Positions 1 through 9,577 of a stretch of 64,000 nucleotides of DNA are shown here, piece after piece. This DNA comes from an uncultured Ignavibacteria bacterium (GTDB taxonomy: Bacteria > Bacteroidota > Ignavibacteria > SZUA-365): assembly GCA_913061095.1 (NCBI GenBank), contig CAJXVM010000015.1, forward strand, positions 8,870-72,869. Reading direction: 5' to 3'. The notes below the pieces were generated by a model. The model worked only from the letters and a program-made list of their open reading frames with translations. It made no database searches and had not been told where the DNA came from. A program made the translations under genes and the position numbers. How positions within the stretch are numbered: the stretch's first letter is position 1; each line of letters starts with the position of its first letter.

Positions 1-11
1 CGGCAGCTGGA

Positions 12-215
12 GTGACTGGATTTCGTATCCCGGGAATCCCATCGGCTGATTCCGTCACCCCTCGACAGGCTCAGGGTGACGGACTTCAGGCTCAGGGTGA
101 CGGACTTCAGGCTCAGGGTGACGGACTTCAGGCTCAGGGTGACGGACTTCAGGCTCAGGATGACGGAGCAGCAGTAACTGCACCGCCGACGCGCACCCCC
201 GTGCTTTGTCCGTGA
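12..215 (+). CDS. small repeat-containing ORF (67 aa) at the window edge; may be an artefact or the tail of a gene starting upstream
   Basis: An ORF sits on the tandem repeat. There is no recognisable domain. It converges on the UPF0182 gene end. Confidence 0.2.
   Translation: MTGFRIPGIPSADSVTPRQAQGDGLQAQGDGLQAQGDGLQAQGDGLQAQDDGAAVTAPPTRTPVLCP
66..170. repeat. 21-bp tandem repeat (unit ~gctcagggtgacggacttcag), about 5 copies, in frame with small ORF 12..215 and encoding AQGDGLQ heptads
   Basis: Direct reading: the unit recurs head-to-tail four times perfectly, with a fifth degenerate copy (ggctcaggatgacgga). The ORF translation shows QAQGDGLQAQGDGLQ... Confidence 0.8.
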
Positions 216-252
216 TGAACGGCAGCGAGGGATCCTGGGTCGGGGTTACAAA

Positions 253-2967
253 TTATTTGCTGCGATCCATCAGTTCTTCGAGCTCGCGCTGGAGTTTTTC
301 GATCTCTTCGCCGTAGCGGGCCCAGTCGCCGTCACGCTGCGCGCGGATGGCGGCGTTATAGGTCTCCATCGCCGAACGGGTGATGTCGCTCGTGCTGCGC
401 TCCTGCGCGATCGTTTCGGTTTCCGCCTCCAGAGCCTCCTCGGTGACGGTTTCTCCTTCCGGCGCCTGGCTGCGGAATACGCGCCGCAGGCTCTGCTCCA
501 GCGTCGGTTCCATCGCGAGACGGTTGTGATAGGCCACGATGACGCGCTTCAGCTCGGGCAGCTTGCCCGATGTCGCCTGCAGGTACACCGGCTGCACGTA
601 CATGACTTCCTTCTTGATCGGTATGACGAGCAGGTTGCCGCGGTACACGTTCGAGCCCTGCTGATTCCACAGCGTCAGCTGCTGCGAGATTTCGGGGTTC
701 TGGTCGATGCGGCCGGAGATCTGCATCGGACCGTAGATCAGCTCCTGCTTGGTGAATTTGTACACCAGCCGCTTGCCGTAATGCTCCCCGTCACTGCGCA
801 CGCAGAGCCAGGCGATCATGTTTTCACGCTTGTTCGGCGTGTAGGGAATCATCTGGATGAACTCCGCTTCGTCCTCCCCCGGCAGGCGCATGATGGCGTA
901 GTAGCTTTCCATCTTGACGACATTGTCCTGCAGCTTCTCGTTGGCGATGTTCCAGAGATCCTCCTTGTTGTAGAACACCTGCGGATCGACCATGTGGTAT
1001 GTCGCGAAGATTTCCGACTGAATGTCGAAGAGATCCTGCGGATAGCGCACATGGTTGCGGAGTTTCTCGGGAAGCTCCTCCTGGGTGAGAAACATGTCGG
1101 GGAAGATTTTGCTGTACACGCGGATCATCGGATCCGCATCCCTGCCGAACTTGTAAAACTTCGTTTCGCCGTTGTAAGCGTCGATGACCACCTTCACCGA
1201 GTTGCGGATGTAGTTGAAACCGGCGATCGGTTTGGAGTAAGGGTAATTGCTGCTGTAGGTATAGGCGTCGTAAATCCAGTACAGCCGCCCTCCGGCGACG
1301 ACCATGTACGGATCCTCGTCGAAGGCGAGGAAGGGCGCAATCTTGCGTACGCGCTCGCGGATGTCGCGGATATAAAGGATGTGGCTCTCCGGACTGATGT
1401 ATCCCGAGATGAGAATGTTCAGGTCGCTGAAGTGCATGGCGAAAATCAGGCGTCGCAGCAGTGAACCCACCGGCACACCGCTCTCTTCCTGATAGGTCGT
1501 CATCTGGTTTTCATCTCCCAGCGGATAGTCGAATTCCTCGATGTTGCCCTTGACGATGACGTGATTATCGGTCTCCTCGCCGTAGTAGATTTCTGGCCGC
1601 GTTACTTCCAACCCGTGTTCTGACGCAGGCGGGATGTCTTTGATGAAAAATTCCGGCAGCCCCTCCTCGGTGACCACGTTGACCGGACTCATCCCCAGCC
1701 CGTACCCGTGCGTGTACACCAGGTTCATGTTCACCCAGGTCTGCGCGTTGGTGGGGAGTTTGCGCTGGTCGAGCTCACGCGCGCTGAGCATGACCTGGCG
1801 CAGAGTGCCGTTGGGCAGACGGTAGCGGTCGATGTCCACGTCGGCGAAGGTGTAATAGAGGCGGATCACCTGAAGCTGGTCGAGCGTGCTGGCCAGCGGA
1901 CGGTAGTCCCACAGCATGATGTTGCGGATGGTGGCGCTGTCGGCCACGATGTCTTCGTAGGTCAGGTTGTATTGCGGATCGATGCGTTTTTCCTCGATGC
2001 TCTCGAGATCGTAGGCATCGCGCGTGTAGGCGATGTTGTTTTCGATGAATTGCAGTTCCTTGCTCTGCTCGTTCGGATCGACGATGAACTTCTGGATGAG
2101 CGACGGGAAGATCGAGCCGATGACGATGGCCGCGACGATGTAGCTCACGCCGAATTTCCCGAGCAGCTTGAAGTTGCGTCCGTACAGCGCGTACACGATC
2201 ACCACGGCGGTGACGATCGAGAGGATGGCCATGATCCAGTACGCGGGCAGCTGCGCGTTGACATCGGTGAAGCCCGCGCCGAAAAAGCTCGACGAGCGCG
2301 TGGAATACAGGATGTCGTAGCGGCTCAGCCAGTAATGAATGCCGATGAGCACCATGAGCGTGCCGAGCAGCACGGAGAGATGCTTGCGCGCCGCGGCGGA
2401 AATGGAAATGCGCCCGACGGCAAAGGATATCCCCTGCCGAATCATGTAGACGACCATCGTGGCGATGAGAATCAGCACGTTCGCACCGATGAGCCAGGAC
2501 TTCACCGCGTTGATGAAGGGCAGCTCGAAGAGGTAGAACGAGACGTCATTGGAGAAGATGGGGTCGGCGGTGCCGAAGGATTCGCTGTTGAGAAAGGCCA
2601 GCATATCCATCCAGCTGCCGCTGAGAAGTCCGGCCATGATGAACCCGAGGAACACCGCGCCGCCGTAGGCAAGCCATTTGATGGCCTTGCCGAAACCCTC
2701 GACGAATTGCTGCAGCCGCGGATCAACCGTGAGATTGGATTCCGACCGGAGCGCAATGCTCAGATTGAAGTTCGCCAGCAGCAGGAAGACGACGAAGCCC
2801 GCGAGCCAGAGGCTGTACTGGGCACTGTAGGTCTTCCAGAACACGCCGATATAGCCCAGGCTGTCGAACCACCACATGTCGGTGATGAAGGATGAAAAGA
2901 TGCCGAGAAGGATGATAATGCCGATGATCACCCCGACGGTGATCCCGATGGTACGTCTGGCTTTCAT
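253..2967 (-). CDS. UPF0182 family membrane protein (904 aa)
   Basis: N-terminal multi-TM region (MKARRTIGITVGVIIGIIILLGIF..., several hydrophobic helices) followed by a ~650 aa soluble domain. Size and architecture are typical of UPF0182/COG1615. Confidence 0.75.
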   Translation of the reverse strand: MKARRTIGITVGVIIGIIILLGIFSSFITDMWWFDSLGYIGVFWKTYSAQYSLWLAGFVVFLLLANFNLSIALRSESNLTVDPRLQQFVEGFGKAIKWLAYGGAVFLGFIMAGLLSGSWMDMLAFLNSESFGTADPIFSNDVSFYLFELPFINAVKSWLIGANVLILIATMVVYMIRQGISFAVGRISISAAARKHLSVLLGTLMVLIGIHYWLSRYDILYSTRSSSFFGAGFTDVNAQLPAYWIMAILSIVTAVVIVYALYGRNFKLLGKFGVSYIVAAIVIGSIFPSLIQKFIVDPNEQSKELQFIENNIAYTRDAYDLESIEEKRIDPQYNLTYEDIVADSATIRNIMLWDYRPLASTLDQLQVIRLYYTFADVDIDRYRLPNGTLRQVMLSARELDQRKLPTNAQTWVNMNLVYTHGYGLGMSPVNVVTEEGLPEFFIKDIPPASEHGLEVTRPEIYYGEETDNHVIVKGNIEEFDYPLGDENQMTTYQEESGVPVGSLLRRLIFAMHFSDLNILISGYISPESHILYIRDIRERVRKIAPFLAFDEDPYMVVAGGRLYWIYDAYTYSSNYPYSKPIAGFNYIRNSVKVVIDAYNGETKFYKFGRDADPMIRVYSKIFPDMFLTQEELPEKLRNHVRYPQDLFDIQSEIFATYHMVDPQVFYNKEDLWNIANEKLQDNVVKMESYYAIMRLPGEDEAEFIQMIPYTPNKRENMIAWLCVRSDGEHYGKRLVYKFTKQELIYGPMQISGRIDQNPEISQQLTLWNQQGSNVYRGNLLVIPIKKEVMYVQPVYLQATSGKLPELKRVIVAYHNRLAMEPTLEQSLRRVFRSQAPEGETVTEEALEAETETIAQERSTSDITRSAMETYNAAIRAQRDGDWARYGEEIEKLQRELEELMDRSK

Positions 2968-3092
2968 AACACTCGCGTATCGTGGATATGCATATCAGGA
3001 AATCTAGGAGAAAGCGCGTCCAAAGGCAAAGAAAACCGTACGGGCGCCGGAGGCCTGCCGCGGCATTGTTTCTCATCCGCGATTCTCCTAGA

Positions 3093-4775
3093 ATGCAATT
3101 GATGGGCGCATTTTCTGCATATATGTTTCCCGGACCGCAGCGCGTCGCCGCACTGATTTTCATGGCGGGATTGATGTTCGCCGCTTCGGCGAATGCGCGG
3201 GCGCAGGTCTATCCGAATTCGCCGGTGTTCCGGGACTACCGTCCCCCGCGCGGGGACCGGGGCGGCAGCGGGGAAGGACTCCGCAGACAGATCAATTTCT
3301 TCCTGCTCGAACGCGACGCCGCGAAAGGTGACCCACTCGCGCAACATGAGCTGGGCGTACGCTACCTGACGGGACGCGGTGTGGAAGCCGATACAGCGCT
3401 CAGTGCCGAATGGCTTGGACGCGCGGCGGCACAGGGTCTGCCGCCCGCGATGTACAATTATGCGCTGCTGCTCAACAATGGCTGGGCGGTTGAATGGGAT
3501 CCGTTCACGGCCTACCGCTTCTTTCGCCGCGCCGCAGACGCAGGCATGCCCGAAGCGCGTTTTGTGGTCGGGGTGTACTACACCGACGGACTCGTGTTCG
3601 AACAGGACTGGCAGGAAGCCTATCGCTGGATCAGTCTCGCGGCCGACGCTGGATACGCACCCGCGCAACGTGCGAAAAAGGAGATTATCCGGCGGGGACA
3701 TGTGCGCGTGACCGCCGATTCTTCGCTCATCGCGGATGACGCTGCGGCGAGAGCGGGGTCAGGAGTGACATCCCCGGGAGAAGGAACCGGCGGCGCTGCG
3801 GACACAGACACGGGAGACGCTCCCGCAGCGGAAGCGGCGAGGGGTGAAGCCTCCGCGAATGAGAGTGCGCAGGCCGACTGGACGCCGATTCTTCTCGACT
3901 TCGACCGTGACACAAGCAGCGCGTTCATCCCCACCGAACGGCTTATGGCGGAATATCTCGCATCCGCGCCGTTTTCCCGCACGGATTCGCTCGCCGCGAA
4001 GGCCCTGCTCTCGGATACCCCCGTAGATTCCGCCCTCATTCGTCTGCGCCGCATGGCCGCCGCCGGCAATCCCGAGGCGCTGGTGCTGCGCGGACGGTTG
4101 CGCGAGGAGGGACGCACGTTCCCGGCTGACCGCATCGCCGCCGCCGCGGATTATGCCGCCGCGATATTTCTGGAATCCATGCGCGCGCCACAGTTTCTTC
4201 TGCAGCTGCTGCGGCGTGACGGATTTCCCGGGAAGCTGTCTCGCGCCGCATGGGGTGGCGATGCCGATGCACAGTATGTGTGGGCGGTACTGCGCGGTCT
4301 GGAGTTCGACATGCGTCTGACGGAATCGATGGCGCGCGACATGCTGCGCCGCGCCGCGGAGGCCGGGAATACCCGCGCCCTCGTGCAGCTCGGCATCTGG
4401 CGCAGTGCGGGACGATGGGAAGAGCGCGACATGAAGGATGCGGAACGTCTCTGGGTGACCGCTGCCAGACTGCACGATGCGGAAGCGCGCGTGCGGCTGG
4501 CCGCTGCCACGATACTTGGCAGCGGAACCACATTGCGCGTCGACGAGGCGATGCCGCTGCTTGCCGACGCCATGAAAAAGGGATCGCTGATTGCACAGGT
4601 CGCGATCGCCTACAGCTACCAGCACGGCGTGGGACGCTCGGCGCGAAAGGGCGAAGCCGTCCGGCTCTACCGCGATGCAGCCGTCCGCGGCAGCCAGTCC
4701 GCCTACCGCGCTCTGCGCAGAATGCACGAAATACGGCGTCCCGACGAGGCATTATTTCACCGCTCCGACCCGTAA
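3093..4775 (+). CDS. secreted Sel1-repeat (TPR-like) protein
   Basis: Signal-peptide-like N-terminus (MQLMGAFSAYMFPGPQRVAALIFMAGLMFAASANA). Repeated Sel1 motifs (AQHELGVRYLTGRGVEADTALSAEWLGRAAAQG; AYRFFRRAADAGMPEARFVVGVYY; WISLAADAGYAPAQ). A low-complexity Ala/Asp/Gly linker. The start is taken at the internal ATG at 3093 rather than the ORF start at 2982, which adds an Arg-rich leader. Confidence 0.65.
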   Translation: MQLMGAFSAYMFPGPQRVAALIFMAGLMFAASANARAQVYPNSPVFRDYRPPRGDRGGSGEGLRRQINFFLLERDAAKGDPLAQHELGVRYLTGRGVEADTALSAEWLGRAAAQGLPPAMYNYALLLNNGWAVEWDPFTAYRFFRRAADAGMPEARFVVGVYYTDGLVFEQDWQEAYRWISLAADAGYAPAQRAKKEIIRRGHVRVTADSSLIADDAAARAGSGVTSPGEGTGGAADTDTGDAPAAEAARGEASANESAQADWTPILLDFDRDTSSAFIPTERLMAEYLASAPFSRTDSLAAKALLSDTPVDSALIRLRRMAAAGNPEALVLRGRLREEGRTFPADRIAAAADYAAAIFLESMRAPQFLLQLLRRDGFPGKLSRAAWGGDADAQYVWAVLRGLEFDMRLTESMARDMLRRAAEAGNTRALVQLGIWRSAGRWEERDMKDAERLWVTAARLHDAEARVRLAAATILGSGTTLRVDEAMPLLADAMKKGSLIAQVAIAYSYQHGVGRSARKGEAVRLYRDAAVRGSQSAYRALRRMHEIRRPDEALFHRSDP

Positions 4776-4857
4776 ATGATATTTCCCTATCGTCCGGAAG
4801 TCATTTCATATCTCCTTATCCTGCACTATTTTCCCATTCAGGCACCATCTTCAGCCC

Positions 4858-7155
4858 GTGATGGACAGCACAACGTTTCAGGTACTTCTCGTCGAGGAGC
4901 GCGAGGCCGATGCGGAACTCATCGGTGAAGCGCTGCTGCAGTGCTCACTGCCCTGTGTGGTGACGCATGTGCGGCGTCTTTCCGATGCGCTGGAGCAGAC
5001 CGTCAGCACGGAATTCGACATCGTACTGCTCGATCTGTTCCTCGGTGACAGCAGAGGACTCGACACGTTCGTGGCCATGCGCAGTTACGCGCCGCGTCTG
5101 CCGATGGTGCTGCTCACGGATTCGACGGCGATCGAGATCACCAGCGAGGCGGCGAAGAGGGGAGCGCAGGACATTCTCAACAAGGATGAGATCAGTCCCG
5201 CCGTGCTCGCAAAAACCATGCTCTACGCCATCGAGCGCAAGCGGCACGAGCTGGAGCTGCATCGCCAGAAGGAGTTTTACGAGAATCTTCTGCAGGAAGC
5301 CAATGTCTGGGTGGAGGCGCTCGACCGCAGCGGGAATGTCATTCTCTGGAATCGCGGCGCCGAGCAGATCTCCGGGTATCCCGCTCGTGAAATGATGCAT
5401 GGGCAGAAGCGCTGGGAAGTGCTGTATCCCGATGCCGTGCTGCGGGAGCGGCTGCTCGAGGAATACAGGATGTCTCTGCGGGAAGAGCGCAGCGTGGAAA
5501 ACGTGGAGACGGAAATCCACATCGCTTCCGGGGAGACACGCATCATGTCATGGAATTCCAATATCATCCGCGGGGCGGACGGCCGCACCGTGGGAATCAT
5601 GTTCGTCGGCAACGACGTGACCGAGCGGCGGGCGTCGGAGCAGGAAATCACCCGCAGCGAAGACCGCTTCCGCATCCTCGCGGACCTGACCTCGGACTAT
5701 GTCTATTCCGCGAGCTTCGACGGCGATTTCACGATCACGACGGAATGGGTGGAGGGCGCCTTCCAGCAGATCACCGGCTATGCCCCCGAGGAAGTTATCG
5801 GCAATCCCGGCGCCTGGGTTGCACTGATTCATCCTGATGACCGGTCGAGCATGGCGCGGATGCAGGATCAGATGGGGGAGCAGCATCCAGTCGCATTCGA
5901 ATACCGCATCCTGCTCCGCGACGGTCGCGTGCGCTGGCTGCGTGATCATATTTTCCCCATCATCAGCGACGATAACAGGGTGAAGGGGATGCACGGCGCC
6001 GTGCGCGACATCACCGAGCAGCGCGAAACGGAAATTTCCCTCATGAAGGAAGAAGAAAAGCTGCGCGGCATCATCGAAAATGCCGCGGATGGCATCGCGC
6101 TGATGAACGAGCAGGGCAGCATCATCGAGTGGAGTCCGGCCATGGAGCAGATTACCGGCATCCCGCGCATGGAGGCGATCGGCAGCATGCACTGGGAGAT
6201 CCAGCACCGGCTCGCGCTGCCTGAGGATCACGCCACGCGCGATGTGCGTGCGGAGACGCGCCGGCAGATAGAGGACTATCTCGCGAAAGGAACCTCCTCC
6301 TGGCTCAACCGCCTGTTTGACCGCTGGATTCAGCGTCCCGATGGCGAAAAACGCTATATCGAAATGGTTTCCTTCCCGGTGCGCAGTTCACAGGGACTAC
6401 TGACCGGCAGTGTGACGCGCGACATCACCGAAGTGAAACTTGCGGAAGTGGACCTGGAGAATAAAAACCGCCAGCTCGAGGAGCGCAACCAGGAGCTGGA
6501 TACGTTCACGCACAGCGTCGCGCATGATTTGAAAAACCCGCTCAGCCTCATCCTCGGATACGCGGAGATGGTGCAGTCGGAGAGCGATGCGCTGACAGCG
6601 GACGAACTGCGGGAGTACATGGGCAGCGTGCTTTTCAACGGCCGCAAGATGATTTCCATCATCAATGCGCTGCTGCTCCTGGCCAGTGTGCGAAAAGAGG
6701 AAGTGCTGCTCGAGGAGCTCGACATGCAGCAGATCGTCGAAGACGCCACGCGTCGTCTCCACCGCCTGATTGACGAGCAGGGAGCGACGGTGACACTGCC
6801 CGACCGCTGGCCGCCGGTGCTGGGCTATCCGGCGTGGATCGAGGAAGTGTGGGTCAATTACATCGGCAATGCAGTCAAGCACGGCGGCAAGGGGGTGCAG
6901 GTACACGTCGGTGTCGAGGAGGAGGGGGATATGGTGCGCTTCCTTGTGCGCGACAACGGGGCGGGCATTCCGCCGGATCGCATCAATGATCTGTTCACCC
7001 CGTTCGTGCGCCTGAGCCAGGCGAAGATCGAGGGACACGGTCTCGGGCTTTCCATCGTGCGGCGCATCATCGAGAAAATCGGCGGCACCGTGGGAGTGTC
7101 ATCGGAGCAGGGACGGGAAACGGTATTTTCATTCACGCTCAAAAGAGCATCCTGA
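4858..7155 (+). CDS. hybrid sensor histidine kinase with N-terminal receiver, multiple PAS domains, HisKA and HATPase_c
   Basis: N-terminal REC (VLLVEEREADAELI...ILLDLFLGDSRG). PAS-like segments. HisKA motif HSVAHDLKNPLSLI. HATPase motifs (NAVKHGG, DNGAGIP, GHGLGLSIV). Confidence 0.85.
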   Translation: MMDSTTFQVLLVEEREADAELIGEALLQCSLPCVVTHVRRLSDALEQTVSTEFDIVLLDLFLGDSRGLDTFVAMRSYAPRLPMVLLTDSTAIEITSEAAKRGAQDILNKDEISPAVLAKTMLYAIERKRHELELHRQKEFYENLLQEANVWVEALDRSGNVILWNRGAEQISGYPAREMMHGQKRWEVLYPDAVLRERLLEEYRMSLREERSVENVETEIHIASGETRIMSWNSNIIRGADGRTVGIMFVGNDVTERRASEQEITRSEDRFRILADLTSDYVYSASFDGDFTITTEWVEGAFQQITGYAPEEVIGNPGAWVALIHPDDRSSMARMQDQMGEQHPVAFEYRILLRDGRVRWLRDHIFPIISDDNRVKGMHGAVRDITEQRETEISLMKEEEKLRGIIENAADGIALMNEQGSIIEWSPAMEQITGIPRMEAIGSMHWEIQHRLALPEDHATRDVRAETRRQIEDYLAKGTSSWLNRLFDRWIQRPDGEKRYIEMVSFPVRSSQGLLTGSVTRDITEVKLAEVDLENKNRQLEERNQELDTFTHSVAHDLKNPLSLILGYAEMVQSESDALTADELREYMGSVLFNGRKMISIINALLLLASVRKEEVLLEELDMQQIVEDATRRLHRLIDEQGATVTLPDRWPPVLGYPAWIEEVWVNYIGNAVKHGGKGVQVHVGVEEEGDMVRFLVRDNGAGIPPDRINDLFTPFVRLSQAKIEGHGLGLSIVRRIIEKIGGTVGVSSEQGRETVFSFTLKRAS

Positions 7156-7162
7156 ATCCGCA

Positions 7163-7186
7163 TCAGATATTTTTCCGAAAATCTGA
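7163..7186. terminator. AT-rich inverted repeat (tcagatatttttc/gaaaatatctga-like) in the convergent gap between the HK and DUF309 genes; possible bidirectional terminator
   Basis: Inverted repeat read directly (TCAGATATTTTTCCGAAAATCTGA). It lies between the 3' ends of two convergent genes. Confidence 0.3.
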
Positions 7187-7222
7187 CCCCACCACCCGGC
7201 ACCTCACTGTGCGAGGCCGCTC

Positions 7223-7657
7223 TCAGACGGATGTTCCATCCCAGCGATCCCGCTGAAATTCCATCCTGCATACCCAGTCCCCGTCGAAAAAATGACGCGC
7301 CTGGAAATCCGTGAACACGCGCAGTGATGCTGTGTCGAGTCCCATGAAATAGATCGGGATGACAGCGAATTTATCCCCGGCCTTGCGCAGCTGGTTGCGT
7401 GCGCCCTTGTAGCGTCCCACACGCTTGAGGTGCAATCCGGACGCGAGCTGGATCAGCGCGCGAATGAAGATTTCGCCGTCGTCGGAGGGACCATCACCCA
7501 TCGGCAGCCACGCGGCCTCCCAGGCCTCGTGGGCGTGCCAGTACCGCGCGCTGTTGAACAGGCGCACGCCCTCGCGGAAATCCGCAAGCTGTTCCGGCGT
7601 GAAATCCGGAGCGGTAATGTCGCTGATTTCGTCGGTGTCGCGTTTTCTCGGCGGCAT
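7223..7657 (-). CDS. DUF309 domain protein
   Basis: Characteristic FNSARYWHAHEAWEAAW motif of DUF309 near the N-terminus. 144 aa. Confidence 0.7.
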   Translation of the reverse strand: MPPRKRDTDEISDITAPDFTPEQLADFREGVRLFNSARYWHAHEAWEAAWLPMGDGPSDDGEIFIRALIQLASGLHLKRVGRYKGARNQLRKAGDKFAVIPIYFMGLDTASLRVFTDFQARHFFDGDWVCRMEFQRDRWDGTSV

Positions 7658-7678
7658 GAATTCCTTCGCGCTGCGGGA

Positions 7679-8068
7679 TTACTGCGAGGCGCCGGGATTG
7701 AGATCGCGCTGGCGGCGGGCGTCGATGAACGACTTGACGGCCATGACCACGAAGCCAAGCGTGAGCAGGGCCATGATGCTCTGCATGACAGCGGCGAAGG
7801 GACGCGCCACTTCCACGCCGCTGATCATGTCGATGACCGAGGAAATGCCGCGTGCCGAACCGGCGAAACCGATCAGGGCAAGCAGCGTGACGGCGTGCAT
7901 CATGTGCTTGCGCAGCTTTTCCTTCCGGCCGAGAAAACCGAGAATGATGACGGGAATGCCAAGAAAGGCGGGGATGAGCGCCGTGACACTTTCTCCGCCC
8001 GAGACGGCATATCCGACGACGCCGAGCAGTGTAAGAATGACGCCGAGTGTAATCGACAGCATGACCAT
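7679..8068 (-). CDS. small integral membrane protein (about 4 TM), function unknown
   Basis: 129 aa with four hydrophobic helices (ITLGVILTLLGVVGY, LIPAFLGIPVIILGFLG, AVTLLALIGFAG, IMALLTLGFVVMAV). Same strand as its neighbours and 21 nt upstream of DUF309. Confidence 0.5.
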   Translation of the reverse strand: MVMLSITLGVILTLLGVVGYAVSGGESVTALIPAFLGIPVIILGFLGRKEKLRKHMMHAVTLLALIGFAGSARGISSVIDMISGVEVARPFAAVMQSIMALLTLGFVVMAVKSFIDARRQRDLNPGASQ

Positions 8069-8138
8069 GAGTCTATCTCCGGATTCTTCGTGGTTTCGAT
8101 ATGAAGAGAGAACACGGGGAATGCCGCCCGGGGTTCCG

Positions 8139-8507
8139 CTACATGAGTCCGTATGAATTAAGCAGTCGTTTCACAAGTTTCATCCGCATGGTCCAGAAAC
8201 CGGAGAGATCCTGGTCATTGAGGGTTTCAATATTGAGCGCGAATGCGTACACGCGATCGCCGCGTTCGAGATATCCCACCAGCCACCCGACCAGTCCATC
8301 CCCGCGCAGGACCGTGCCGGTCTTGCCCCGCAACGTGTAATCCGGCGTCTCCTCGAGCAGCATCAGTTCCTTTACCGCGCGCTGCGCGTCGGAGGAAAAC
8401 GGCAGTTCCTCGTTCCACAGCCGGCGCAGGAAGGTGATCTGCTGTTCTGGAGTGATGCGCAGCGCGCCGTCGAGCCAGAAGCGGTCAATTCCACCGCCGA
8501 TGCGCAT
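8139..8507 (-). pseudogene. class D (OXA-type) beta-lactamase C-terminal fragment; lacks the N-terminal two-thirds including the STFK active-site serine
   Basis: MRIGGGIDRFWLDGALRIT...RGKTGTVLRGDGLVGWLVGYLERGDRVYAFALNIE closely parallels the OXA-10 stretch ISGGIDKFWLEGQLRIS...HSKTGFSG...[21 protein letters not shown] (KTG box and W-x-x-G elements). Similarity stops exactly at an ATG 9 nt after the dipeptidase stop. The upstream in-frame residues are the dipeptidase C-terminus read out of frame. Confidence 0.7.
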
Positions 8508-8515
8508 GAGAAAAC

Positions 8516-9577
8516 CTATGTCTGCGGAGCGGATGCGGTGAAGACGGTGCGATAGAGCCGGAGGGCGTTGCCGCCGAGGATGCCCGCGAGATGCTCGTCG
8601 CTGAAACCGCGGCGGGCGAGGGCGTCGATGAATACGGGCAGATGCGCCACGTCTTCCGCGCCGGTGACGAAGTTGAGCAGATCGGTGGGCAGGTCGTCGC
8701 GCAGCAGCCACTGCTGCATGGCGTCCATATAGTAATCGGCGTAATCGGGACCGAGGGCGAGGCATTCAGATCCCGCGATCCCGGCGATGTGCTCGGCGTG
8801 GTCGGCCAGACGGTCGGGCGTGGCCTTCGTGCGGTCGTCGTCGATGAACATTCCGAGAAAATTGAGGCCGATCACGCCGCCGCGCTCGCCGATCATGCGA
8901 ATCTGCTCGTCGGTAAGATTCCGCCGGTGCCCGCAGAGCGCGCGGGCGTTGGAATGCGAAACCATGGGAGGAAGATCGTAGAGGTCGATGGCGTCGAAGA
9001 AAGACGGATCGGAAAGATGCACGAGATCCAGCACCATGTTGAGCGCGCGCAGCTCGCGGACGATCTCGCGTCCGAAGTTGCTCAGTCCGCCGGGTTTCGG
9101 TTCTGCGCAGCCGTCGGCGGCGAGATTGCGTTCATTGTGCGTGAGGATGACCGATCGGAGTCCCGCCGCATGCAGTGCGCGCAGTGTGGCAACATCCTCC
9201 ACGCAGCGTATGCCCTCCAGCGCGAACATGAAATGCATACCATCGCGGGCCGCGGCGCGATCGATATCCTCCCCTTCGAGCATGAGATGGAATTCCCCGT
9301 GGGCGTCGATCTGCCTGCGCGTCGCGTCGATGATGCGCAGCACCAGGCGCAGATCCCACAACTCGAGCGTGCCGATTTCGAAATCCCCGCCGACGGTGAG
9401 CACCTCCGCGTTCACACCGCCCCGGCGCAGCAGCGGCAGGTGCTCGGCGAAAAGGGCGTCGTCGCGTCCCTCCTGCGCGGCGCGGTACAGCTGGATGGCG
9501 TAATCGGAGTGCACGTCCGCGACGGGATGCGCGGCGAGGAGTTCGAGCAGGGACTGCGGGATGTCGATGTCGTTCAC
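8516..9577 (-). CDS. membrane dipeptidase, peptidase family M19 (renal-dipeptidase-like)
   Basis: VADVHSDYAIQLYR (H-x-D metal site), FALEGIRCVEDV, VILTHNERN and C-terminal GGNALRLYR are typical of M19. The start is set at GTG 9577 preceded by AAGGAG. The 124 Arg-rich residues upstream in the ORF track are judged out-of-frame junk. Confidence 0.8.
   Translation of the reverse strand: MNDIDIPQSLLELLAAHPVADVHSDYAIQLYRAAQEGRDDALFAEHLPLLRRGGVNAEVLTVGGDFEIGTLELWDLRLVLRIIDATRRQIDAHGEFHLMLEGEDIDRAAARDGMHFMFALEGIRCVEDVATLRALHAAGLRSVILTHNERNLAADGCAEPKPGGLSNFGREIVRELRALNMVLDLVHLSDPSFFDAIDLYDLPPMVSHSNARALCGHRRNLTDEQIRMIGERGGVIGLNFLGMFIDDDRTKATPDRLADHAEHIAGIAGSECLALGPDYADYYMDAMQQWLLRDDLPTDLLNFVTGAEDVAHLPVFIDALARRGFSDEHLAGILGGNALRLYRTVFTASAPQT

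Noticed and set aside
526-1464. 312-aa plus-strand ORF (and 1708..2895, 395 aa)
   Set aside because: Both lie opposite the UPF0182 gene. They have no motifs and a GC-skewed composition.
8508-8765. Upstream part of ORF 8139..8765
   Set aside because: It overlaps the dipeptidase C-terminus in another frame. Beta-lactamase similarity begins only at the ATG at 8507.
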